From NCBI RefSeq assembly GCF_001194135.2, contig NC_069002.1, forward strand, positions 27,330,797 to 27,394,796: a stretch of 64,000 nt of DNA, given 5' to 3'. The stretch comes from Octopus bimaculoides (lineage: Eukaryota). The position numbers were made by a program, and so were the translations under genes. Shown in pieces: positions 38,910 through 50,017 of this stretch. Every line of letters starts with the position of its first letter. The first letter of the stretch is position 1. The notes beneath the pieces are model-generated. The model did no database searches and had not been told where the DNA came from. It worked only from the letters and a program-made list of their open reading frames with translations.

Positions 38910-41169
38910 ATGAGGGTGGAATAATTAACTTCCAGTTTATATAAAGAAATAATAAATATTGAGCACAACAGGCATGGCTGTGTGGTAAGACATTTGCTTC
39001 CCAGCCACAAGGTTTTGAGTTCAGTCCTATTGCGTGGCACATTGGGAAAGTGTCTTCTACCATATCCCTAGGCCTAACAAAGCCTTGTGAATGGATTTGG
39101 TAGACAGAAACTGAAAGGTGCCTGCTGTGTGCATACATGCATGCATGTGTGTGCATTTGCTGCAGCCCAATGACTGAAGCAAACAAAGCTAACAAAATAC
39201 AGATCAAGTTTCCTTTCCATCATGTTACCCTAACCTTTGCTTGCTTCTAAGCATTTATCTTGACTTGCTTTGGCCCTCATTTCCTATCAAGTCCCGTTCT
39301 TCCTCAGTGAGCATTATAGCCAAGGACTGTCTGTATCCAGCTTGAGAATAAGGGGTTCACAATGCAGCATGTACTTTTTTTCAAGTCCTTTTAAATTACC
39401 TCTTCACCTCACTTAATCTCCAAATGTGTCCTTGTTATTTAACCCTAGGCTAACCCCGGTTGAGCAGATATGTAATTGAAATCACATGTATATGGGACTT
39501 TACAGAGAAGAATTCAACTTATATCAAAAGGCCCATGCCTAGTAAGAGAATTTGGTAGGCAGAAACTGTGTAGAAGCCCATTGTGTGTGTGAATAAAATC
39601 AGTAGTAATTTTATATTTGGGTATACACCTTGTATGACATTTAAAGCCCTTTCACTGTATTTGGCTACCTGATGTCAACAACTGTATGGAGGTATATGCC
39701 ACTGAATTTATTTCAGGAATTATAGTCCTTCCCTCTTTGAGATAGTTTAGTGGGATGTGATGGAGACTTGGTTGTTATTTCTAGAAAATTCAACAACCCT
39801 ACAGAGTAGTCATGAGCAACCTGTGGCCTGTGAAACCTTTTGAATAGTAAACCTAAACAAAAAAATTACCCTGATTTTGCTTTACTTGTGTGGCCCCACA
39901 TAAAAATAAGCCATATTTCATGCAGTCCACTTCTCGAAAAAGAGAAAAAAAAAGGAGGCACATGGCTTAGTGGTTAGAAGTGTTGGGCTCCTGAGCCTAA
40001 GATTGCAGTTTCAATTCCTGGACAGAGCAATGCATTGTGTTCTTGATCAAAACACTTCATTTCATGTTGCTGCAGTTCACTCAACTGGCAAAAGTGAGTA
40101 ATCCTACGACAGACTAGCCTCCCATCCAGGGGAGGAAGAAATGCACCAGAAAAATCAGGAAACCAGCCCTGTGCCCCTTATGAAGTAATATAGACTCAAC
40201 ATATCCACCAGAGGCTCTTTCAAGAGGTTGTTAACCTCTAACCTACAACAGCAGTTGCAATTTAAAACTAGGACAGCAAGAGTATTTATATTCATTATCT
40301 TATTTCTATCAATGAGTTCAGATTTTAATATCGTCTCCTTCATGCCTGTTTCATGTTCTGTCATGTCACTTTTATAAATACCAAAAGTACTTGTAGGATT
40401 GGTTCAGTCCTCGTTGATTGCATTACCTATCTTGCAATATTAAATTTTAACATATTCAGCTTTAACCCTTTAGCATTTAGGTTACCCTGTCAAATGTAAA
40501 ACTTATTTATTCAAATTGTTTTGAATTAACCCTGTACAATTTAATAGCTTTGAGATTTCAATGATGTGACTGTTTATATTCAGAATGACATTGAAGAACA
40601 GGTGTGAGAGACCTGATCTGTTCAGTTTCACTATAAGACAAGGAGAATATTTGGGGGCGGATATAGCTGGTTTAAATGCTAAAGGGTTAGTTTATCTTTC
40701 TGTTAGAATAGTTATTGTGAAGCTGAGGTGGCCTGGAAGTATGGGGTCAGTGAGGTCCCGCATACAGCTAAGGGGTGAGGGAAAAAACACGAAGGCCAAA
40801 ACAGCTTGTAGTTTTTTGGGGAAAAAAAGCATGATTTACCTATCTTGTGGTTCCTTTTATAGTGTCAGTCCATTCCAGCCAGGATATATCCATAGGGAAC
40901 CCTACCTGCCTAACCTCTGGCCAGGAGCTAACAGCAAACTCCCTCAATTCACATGACCCACCGTGTTTGTCATGAATGACAGCTTCAAGGCAAAAGAAGC
41001 TCATATTAGTCATCCTTCACTCCTCTCTTTCTGGCAAGGCCCCTTCGCCATCTGTGTGATGTCACTGACCCTATAACTTGTGGTCCACCTCAGCCTCATA
41101 GCTATTAACACATTCATCTAATCCCATATTTATTTTACTGTAGAATGAAGAAGAGATCATACTACCTAA

Positions 41170-41182
41170 TAAAGAAGAACAA

Positions 41183-41213
<31 letters not shown>

Positions 41214-41401
41214 AAGAAGAAGAGGTGGAAGAAGAAGAAGAGGAAGAAGAAGTGGAAGAAGAAGTGGAAGAAGAAGAAGAAGAAGAAGAAGAAGAAGAAG
41301 AAGAAGAAGAAGAAGAAGAAGAAGAAGAAGGAGAAGAATAAGAAGAAGAGGTGGAAGAAGAAGAAGAAGAAGAAGAAGAAAAAGAAGAAGAAGGAGAAGA
41401 A
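41170..41401. repeat. (GAA)n microsatellite running into an N gap
   Basis: Directly visible; source of the poly-K, poly-E and poly-F ORFs. Confidence 0.95.
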
Positions 41402-42105
41402 NNNNNNNNNNNNNNNNNNNNNNNNNNNNNNNNNNNNNNNNNNNNNNNNNNNNNNNNNNNNNNNNNNNNNNNNNNNNNNNNNNNNNNNNNNNNNNNNNNN
41501 NNNNNNNNNNNNNNNNNNNNNNNNNNNNNNNNNNNNNNNNNNNNNNNNNNNNNNNNNNNNNNNNNNNNNNNNNNNNNNNNNNNNNNNNNNNNNNNNNNNN
41601 NNNNNNNNNNNNNNNNNNNTAATGATGATGATCAACATCATCGTCGTTTAACGTCCGCTTTCCATGCTAGCATGGGTTGGACGATTTGACTGAGGACTGG
41701 TGAAACCAGATGGCTGCACCAGGCTCCAATCTGATCTGGCAGAGTTTCTACAGCTGGATGCCCTTCCTAACGCCAACCACGCCAAGAGTGCAGTGGGTGT
41801 TTTTATGTGCCACCGGCACAAGGGCCAGTCAGGCGGTACTGGCAACGGCCACACTCAAAATGGTATTTTTTACGTGCCACCTGCACAGGAGCCAGTCCAG
41901 CAGCACTGGCAATGACCTCACTCGATTGTTTTTCGCATGCCACTGGCACACGTGCCAGTAAGGCGACGCTGGTAACGATTACGCTCAAATGGTGCTATTT
42001 ACGTGCCACTGGCACGGCAGCCAGACAGCTGCTCTGGCAATGATCACGCTCGGATGGAGCTGTTAGTGCTCTACTAGCATGGGTGCCAGTCATCGAAGTT
42101 GGTTG

Positions 42106-42149
<44 letters not shown>

Positions 42150-42974
42150 TATAATAAAAGATAATTATGATAATATAAACACACAAAATAAAGACTATAG
42201 CTTGTTTTGAGGTGCTTGTTACCATGCACATACACACACACACACCAGTTTCTACAGCAAATATGGATCAAATGGTCTCATCTTTTTTGTGGGGGGATCA
42301 GAAGCAAACTTGTTGATGTGTGTGTGTGTGTGTGTGCATGTGCATGTATGTGTCTAAGCATACGTCTATGTATGTGTTTATGTTTAAGTTTTGTGTGTGC
42401 ATGTGTGTATGCTTAGGTTTGCATGTGTGTGTGTTGAAGTTTGTGTGTTGTATATGTATGTGTGTATATGTATGCTTAAGTTTGTGTATGTTTAAGTTTG
42501 TGTGTGTGTGTATATTTAAGTTTGTGTGTGTATGCTTAAGTTTATGTGTGCATGTTTAAGTCTGTGTGTGTGAGAGTTTAAGTTTGTGTGTATGTGTGTG
42601 TGTACACATATTGATACAAAGTCTCTTTGACTTTTATAATAGTAAACATTTGCTCTCCTCACAAAGCAACTTTACATAAAGCGTCGAATGACAAGAGTTT
42701 CTGCGACAGAGTCTTAATCCAATGACATCAAAGGAGCTCTTTGTTGCAGAGTTTCAATACATTTGACCTGTGCACAAAGAAACACAGCATATTTACTCAG
42801 GGACGCGATAGACACACACAGACATAGTTAAATGCCTGAACAGAAAATAATGAAATAATACCCCTCTGCAATTAATTTCAAATCATTTTAGGTGTCGTTG
42901 TTAAATAGATTTATGATCAAAGCCTCTGAAACACAGACAAAAGCTTGGGTATGTGGTTAGGAAGTTTGCTTCAC

Positions 42975-44040
42975 AACTGCATGGTTTTAAGTTCAATCTG
43001 ACGGTGAAGCAGTTTGAACAAAACTGCATGGTTTTAAGTTCAATCTGACGGTGGGGCAGTTTGAACAAAACTGCATGGTTTTAAGTTCAATCTGACGGTG
43101 AAGCAGTTTGAACAAAACTGCATGATTTTAAGTTCAATCTGACGGTGGGGCAGTTTGAACAAAACTGCATGANNNNNNNNNNNNNNNNNNNNNNNNNNNN
43201 NNNNNNNNNNNNNNNNNNNNNNNNNNNNNNNNNNNNNNNNNNNNNNNNNNNNNNNNNNNNNNNNNNNNNNNNNNNNNNNNNNNNNNNNNNNNNNNNNNNN
43301 NNNNNNNNNNNNNNNNNNNNNNNNNNNNNNNNNNNNNNNNNNNNNNNNNNNNNNNNNNNNNNNNNNNNNNNNNNNNNNNNNNNNNNNNNNNNNNNNNNNN
43401 NNNNNNNNNNNNNNNNNNNNNNNNNNNNNNNNNNNNNNNNNNNNNNNNNNNNNNNNNNNNNNNNNNNNNNNNNNNNNNNNNNNNNNNNNNNNNNNNNNNN
43501 NNNNNNNNNNNNNNNNNNNNNNNNNNNNNNNNNNNNNNNNNNNNNNNNNNNNNNNNNNNNNNNNNNNNNNNNNNNNNNNNNNCAACTGCATGGTTTTAAG
43601 TTCAATCTGACGGTGAAGCAGTTTGAACAAAACTGCATGGTTTTAAGTTCAATCTGACGGTGGGGCAGTTTGAACAAAACTGCATGGTTTTAAGTTCAAT
43701 CTGACGGTGAAGCAGTTTGAACAAAACTGCATGATTTTAAGTTCAATCTGACGGTGGGGCAGTTTGAACAAAACTGCATGATTTTAAGTTCAATCTGACG
43801 GTGGAGCAATTTGAACAAAACTGCATGATTTTAAGTTCAATCTGACGGTGAAGCAGTTTGAACAAAACTGCATGGTTTTAAGTTCAATCTGACGGTGAAG
43901 CAGTTTGAACAAAACTGNNNNNNNNNNAGCAGTTTGAACAAAACTGCATGGTTTTAAGTTCAATCTGACGGTGAAGCAGTTTGAACAAAACTGCATGATT
44001 TTAAGTTCAATCTGACAGTAGGGCAATTTGAACAAGTGTC
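42975..44040 (+). repeat. 47-bp tandem satellite spanning N gaps
   Basis: Unit AACTGCATGGTTTTAAGTTCAATCTGACGGTGAAGCAGTTTGAACAA, with GAAG/GGGG and GGTTT/GATTT variants. Confidence 0.95.
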
Positions 44041-45386
44041 AGGTATATATGAAATTACATGGAACCTTGGTGAAAGGACTCTTATAAAAATTCATTATTA
44101 TTATCATAGTGTGAAGGTATGTGGCCTAGTGGTTAGGCTGTTGAACTCACAATTGCTAGATCAAGGGTTCCCTGGCTGAGTGGCGTGCTGTGTTCTTGAG
44201 CAAAACACTTCATTTCACATTGCATCAATCCTCCTTTCGATCAGGAGGGATTGTTGGCCTGCTCACCCAACCAGTGGGGTGGCGTCATTTCAAGGCTAGA
44301 ACAATGCAAAAAGCACATTGTGACTAGCGATGTGCGACAACATCTGATAGCCTGGTTGTTCACGTGATTATCATAATAGCCATGTAGGATATTATTTCAT
44401 TCCGTTTTGGAGTCTGCAGCACAACACAACTTGAGATTTTTTTAGTAAAATAACTTAGTCATTATTAAATTGGTGTTTGAGACAAACAAACATGAAATAT
44501 GGGAGAAAACTTAGTTTAGATCACTAACTTTACCATTACTATATTCTGTTGAAATACACTGTGTTTGTTTTAATTAATCTTTAAAATAATGAAGAATTTA
44601 GTGAAATAACTTTGGCATTATTAAATTGATGTTTAGGAGAAATTAACATGAAATTTTTATGGTGCAGCTGTAGCTATACCATAAGAAGTTTCTTTCCCAA
44701 TCACATGATCTTTGGTTCAGTCCCACTGCATGGTACCTCGGGCAAGTGTCTACAATAGCCCCAGGCTGACCGAAGCCATGTCAATGGATTTGATAAAGAG
44801 AAACTGAAAGTAGTCTATTATATCTTCACTTTATTAATTAAGACACTGGGGTTTGATTTTCTCGAGATCTGGCTGCTGTTTCTAGCCGGTTCAGCAGCCA
44901 CACAGAAGCTGCCTTTTTACTAACTCATATCATTACTGTTGATGGAAGTACATAGTCAGCTCTTCTCAAGTAGACAACACTGACTTCTATTTAATTTGTA
45001 ACACTAATTATAACCACTGTATCAAAAACGATATAAACAAACATTTTTCTGGCTGGAACTATGTCACCGAACTGGGAGGTGAAAAACGTTTACACAAAGT
45101 GGTTCTGCAACAAGAAGGATTATCACAGTGAATAGTACCTCCAAGGTTACCCTATGTCTAACCTCACCCCACAACCCATCAATATACAGGACAATTATAG
45201 GAAGTTCACCTCACTGTTGCAGTGATACTATGTAACACTTGCTTTGAAGCTGTGATAGAGACTTCTTAGTACAGAATAGGTTGTCTTTATATTTTACTTG
45301 TGACATTACAGTTCTATATTTAAGAGATGAGGAATTATGTACATTATTTACATTTGACAGATATTTGTCCTCATCTTGTTTGTTGT

Positions 45387-45430
45387 TAATACGTTTAGGC
45401 TGATATACCCTCCAGTCTTCATCAGGTGTC
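45387..45430 (-). ncRNA. Hammerhead ribozyme motif, degenerate third copy
   Basis: Minus strand reads GACAC CTGATGA A GaCTG gagggtatat CAGCC tAAAC GT attaac. G12 is mutated and the stem I 3' strand is partly deleted. Confidence 0.55.
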
Positions 45431-45508
45431 TTGGGGAAATTTTGAACCTGGGTTCTCATTCCTAAGGTATTTTTCGATGTTATTATTATTATTTTTATTA
45501 TTATTATT

Positions 45509-45575
45509 GCTTAGTGGTTAAGAGCACAGGCTACTAACCCCAGGATTCCAAGTTCGATTCCAAGCAGTGACCTGA
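45509..45575 (+). other. tRNA-like Pol III head (5'-clipped; not a functional tRNA)
   Basis: GCTTAGTGGTTAAGAGC (A box/D arm), GG-CTACTAA-CC anticodon-like loop, GTTCGATTCC (B box). No acceptor stem; runs into (AAT)n and then the hammerhead unit. Confidence 0.7.
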
Positions 45576-45652
45576 ATAATAATAATAACAATAATAACAA
45601 CAACATCGAAAAATACCTTAGGAATGAGCACCCAGGTTCGAAATTTCCCCAA

Positions 45653-45698
45653 GACACCTGATGAAGGCTGGAGAGTATATCAGCCAAAACGTCGTGTT
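45653..45698 (+). ncRNA. Hammerhead ribozyme motif, G12>A mutant, GTC cleavage triplet
   Basis: GACAC CTGATGA A GGCTG gagagtatat CAGCC aAAAC GTC GTGTT. Same unit as 18787-18934. Confidence 0.65.
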
Positions 45699-46319
45699 AA
45701 CAACAAACAAGATGAGGACAAATATCCGCCAAATGTAAATAATGTAAATCTCTTTTGACAGTCATTAAATTGTGTCCATGCTGGAGCACCAGTTTGAACT
45801 GTTTAGTTGAACAAATCAATCCCAGTATTCCAGGAATTGAAAGCATGATCATGCCAAACTTTAACCATCAGGCCATGAACCTTCACAATATTACCATGAT
45901 GAAAGTTATAACAACACAAGAAATGAACTAACCCAAACAATGACCTATTCCAAACATATGCTATCAATCTCTTCAACTAAGTTGCTAAGATATGGAGACA
46001 TAAACAAACTGACCGACACACACACACACAAATGATAACACAAATGGACCAAGGTTCACTACAGCTGTTTCAAGCATGTTTTTTTCATTGATGAACAAAT
46101 CAATTATATCATGTAAAAAAAACTGCTTTCTTCAGGTGAATTAAAATTTAAAATAAAATTTAATATTTAGGATTTTTCACACAAAGGATATAGAATGCAT
46201 ATTGACTCCATCATCATGATGCTGGTTGAAAGAGTAGATTGAGGGACAGCTATTTTGATGTTAAATATGTGGTAATAAATCTGTCCACACCTCCAGAGAA
46301 TGGAGAAAAAAAACCCACA

Positions 46320-46665
46320 GGAGTGGCTGTGTGGTAAGTAGCTTGCTCACCACATGGTTCCAGGTTTAGCTCCACTGCGTGGCACCTTGAGCAAGTGCCT
46401 TCTACTATAGCCTCGGGCAGATTTGGTAGAAGGAAACTGAAAGAAGCCCATCACATATATATATACTGTATAAAGGATCATGGGTAAGACCAAAAGAATG
46501 CAAAGTAAATGCAAGGTAAACGACAAGAAAACAAATATAGACATTGGCAACATTCGTTTATTTTCTTGAAAAGGTAAGTCTACATTAATTCAAATATTTG
46601 TTTCCTTGTGATTTACCTTGCACTTACTTTGAATTGTTTTGGCCTTACCCAAGATCCTTTATACA

Positions 46666-46697
<32 letters not shown>

Positions 46698-46900
46698 TTG
46701 TATGTCTGTGTTTGTACCTCCACCATCACTTGACAACCGATGTTGGTGCGTTTACATCCCTGTAACTTAGCGGTTCGGCAAAAGGGACCGATAGAATAAG
46801 TACTAGGCTTACAAAAGAATAAGACTTGTGGTCAATTTGTTTGACTAAAGGCAGTGCTCCAGGATGGCCACAGTCAAATGACTGAAATAAATAAAAGAAT
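46320..46900 (+). mobile_element. SINE family C (tRNA head, CCTTGGGCAAGTGTCTT core, internal microsatellite); representative copy interrupted by a foldback element
   Basis: Head GTGGCTGTGTGGTAAGTAGCTTGCT...GGTTCAGTCCC; 3' half ...GTCAAATGACTGAAACAAGTAAAAGA. Whole or partial copies at about 17-168(-), 2205-2360(-), 5330-5505, 13140-13480, 18290-18455(-), 21900-22050(-), 25985-26105, 38970-39130, 44660-44820, 48555-48720, 54805-55010(-), 58465-58830, 61925-62080(-), 62540-63300(-). Confidence 0.8.
46462..46670. repeat. Foldback element, about 75-bp arms (second copy 61489-61668)
   Basis: TGTATAAAGGATCATGGGTAAG...AAGAAAACAAATA / TATTTGTTTCCTTG...CTTACCCAAGATCCTTTATACA. Shared loop motif AAGGTAAGTCTACATTAATTC in both copies. 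Confidence 0.85.
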
Positions 46901-47668
46901 AAACAAGAAAATAATAATGCAGTCATAAGAAAGTAAGGGATTCCAGGCAGTGGCACCAATTACGAGAAGAAATAGATGGAATGGCTCAAATTTGCATACG
47001 TGCCATGAAGACACAAACAAGAAAATAAAACATGACAGATTACATTATCATCATCATTTAACATCTGCTTTTCATGCTGGCATGGGTTGGATGGATTGAT
47101 AGGAACTGGCTGGGCAGAAGACTGCACCGGGCTTCAGTGTCTGTTTTGGCATAGTTTTTACGGCTGGATGCCCTTCCTAACACCAACCACCCTGCAGAGT
47201 GGAGTGAGTGATTTTTATGTGGTTCCAGCACAGATAATAAAAGTACAAATAAAAAAAAAACACAAGTAGAATAATCATTATCAGGAAATAATAAAAAAAA
47301 ACAAATTAAAGACATTATTAAAATTCTTTGATTCTAAAAGATCCTGCAAATAAAAATATGTGTGTGTATGTGTGAATATATATCATCATCATCATCGTTT
47401 AACGTCCGCTTTCCATGCTAGCATGGGTTGGACGATTTGACTGAGGACTGGTGAAACCGGATGGCAACACCAGGCTCCAATCTAAATTTGGCAGAGTTTC
47501 TACAACTGGATGCCCTTCCTAATGCCAACCACTCAGAGAGTACTCACATCCACGTACGTACACACATTCACGCACACACACATCCACGTACGTACACACA
47601 TTCACTCACACACACACACACACACACATTCACGCACACACACACACCCACGTACGTACACACATTCC

Positions 47669-47701
<33 letters not shown>

Positions 47702-48520
47702 TCACGCACATGCATACACACACACGCACTCCCTCTCTCACATATATAATTTAATGAACACAATAAGTATTTTTACGAGCTACTACTAGTTTCATGCGAT
47801 GAAAACATCTCAGACCGTATTTTTTAACATGTCTGGTGCCTTCATGCAATCCTCAGGCTATGACGCATGGCATAACAAGCTAAAAACAGGACAATTTTGT
47901 GTTTATTAAATATTTATCACTCACCAGATGAAGTACTTTTTCTGTTAATCCTACCACCATGGAACAGCACGTGTGTGTGTGTGTGTGTGTGTGTTATATC
48001 TAGATTACAATGATGTTACAATCCCAGTAAAATAAAACAACTTAGTAAACTTGTGTGATGTCGTGTTAGCATAAAATCTCTTAACTGCTAATAATGCTCT
48101 TAACAATGAATAAGGAAATAAGAAATTAAATAGAACGAGGACTGTCTTAGATATGTGAAACAGTACAAAGGAAGACAGTGACGAGGAGGAACATTAATGA
48201 GAGAACGGAAAAACCCACTTTATGTGACAAGGAATTTCCTTCATCAGCTTCAAATAGGATATCCTTATATATATATATATATATATNNNNNNNNNNNNNN
48301 NNNNNNNNNNNNNNNNNNNNNNNNNNNNNNNNNNNNNNNNNNNNNNNNNNNNNNNNNNNNNNNNNNNNNNNNNNNNNNNNNNNNNNNNNNNNNNNNNNNN
48401 NNNNNNNNNNNNNNNNNNNNNNNNNNNNNNNNNNNNNNNNNNNNNNNNNNNNNNNNNNNNNNNNNNNNNNNNNNNNNNNNNNNNNNNNNNNNNNNNNNNN
48501 NNNNNNNNNNNNNNNNNNNN

Positions 48521-48553
<33 letters not shown>

Positions 48554-48730
48554 GTGCAGGAGTGTGAGGTAAGAAGCTTGCTTCCAAACCACATGGTTCT
48601 GGGTTCAGTCCCATTGCGTGGCACCTTGGGCAAGTGTCTTCTACTATAGCCTCAGGCCAACCAAAGCCTATGTGAGTGGATTTGGTAGATGGAAATTGAA
48701 ACAAGACAATCCTGTGTGTGTATTTGTGTA

Positions 48731-50017
48731 CAGGAGGCAGGCGGTATTCGTTTGCATTTTTCAACTGCTAATTTTATGCATATTTTTCTTCGCTTTTATT
48801 GTCGGTCTTTACCTTCTAAAAAACAATTGCCATTTTTTTATTTTGCTTTATTTTTTTGGCAGAATAACTGACTATGGAAAATTTTGAAACCCCCAATTTG
48901 CGGAAGAGGCATGGAATCCTCTTTGGAATCTACACAGGAAGGAAAAACAAGGAAATTTCACACTTCCTCAACGTCAACAGAAGGATGGTGGAAAATTCGA
49001 CATTGAGGTGATAGCAGATAGGAAAAAGCATGATTGACAATCTGATGCAATCAAAATGCCAGAATTTGTTGCTGAAATTCAAGAGATCATCAACAACAAT
49101 GCTAGTAAGCTGATGCATGCCATTGCACAGGAGAAAGGTGTGGATGAAAAGTCCATCAGGTCGATGGTGCATCAGGATGTTCGCTACTTTTCACCCAAGA
49201 TGAACAATGGACAATTTCTGTCCAATGCAGGAAAAGAGGGTCGACCACATTAAGAAGCTGATCAACAAGTTGAAACATCTGCTGGAACCAGACATGATGT
49301 GGTTCTTCTACATGAAGAATTTCTGCCAAGACTGGAAGATCAACTCCCAGAACAACAAGGTGGCTCAACGTCTCACCCAAGGACATTCCTAGAGTCATGC
49401 AGACGAAATTTCCAGTTATAATCATGGTCTTTGGTGTTGTCAGCAGCAAAGGTGATGTCATGCCATCCCCTTCTTCCCCAACAGCCTCAGGCTGAACACC
49501 AATGACTACATCCATGTTCTGAGCACGGTGGTGAAGCCCTGGACGGACCAAGTAGCTACAGGAAGGCCGTACATGTAGCAGCAAAACCCTGTGCCCTGTC
49601 ACAGCAGTTGCAAGACTCAGGCCTGGCTGCTGGAGAATTCCTTTGATCACACAGCATCCGACATATAGCCTCCCAACTTGCCTGACTGCAACCCATTCGA
49701 CTTCTTTGTGTGGGGCACAGTGGAATGAAGGACCAACAAATTCAGCTACAACGAGAAGGATAAGCTGAAGGCACGGATTATCAGGGCCTTCAGGGGCCTA
49801 AAATGGGAGAGAGAGAGAGAGAGTAATGAAGGCCCGTGGCTGGTTCTGAGGTCGCTTGGAGGTTGTTATTGAGGTCAAAGGTGAGTTCATTGAGTAAGAT
49901 TAACAGAACATATGAAGACAAACTGATCCAAATTTGATGTATATACTTCAAAAAATATAAACACTTTTATTTTCTCCTCAGACAGCCATTATGCAAACAA
50001 ATATTGTCTGTACCCTG
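48731..50017 (+). mobile_element. DD37D (maT) Tc1/mariner transposon, full length but inactivated
   Basis: TA-flanked imperfect 27-bp TIRs (CAGGAGGCAGGCGGTATTCGTTTGCAT versus right-end reverse complement CAGGGTACAGACAATATTTGTTTGCAT, 20/27). Translation QQN(=D)PVPCH...LPDCNPFDFFVWG gives 37 residues between the second and third catalytic positions. TGG>TAG stops. Confidence 0.88.

Noticed and set aside
40155-40364. 69-aa minus-strand ORF with plausible composition (also 2504-2695, 53418-53651)
   Set aside because: No recognisable domain, no convincing splice context, and the length is within chance expectation.
41145-41689. Poly-Lys, poly-Glu and poly-Phe ORFs
   Set aside because: (GAA)n microsatellite plus an N gap.
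42975-44040. CRISPR-like array
   Set aside because: Contiguous 47-bp monomers without unique spacers, in a eukaryotic context with no cas genes.
45509-45575. tRNA gene (Ser-like CTACTAA loop)
   Set aside because: No acceptor stem and imperfect arms; it is the head of a repeat. The same applies to all the SINE heads.
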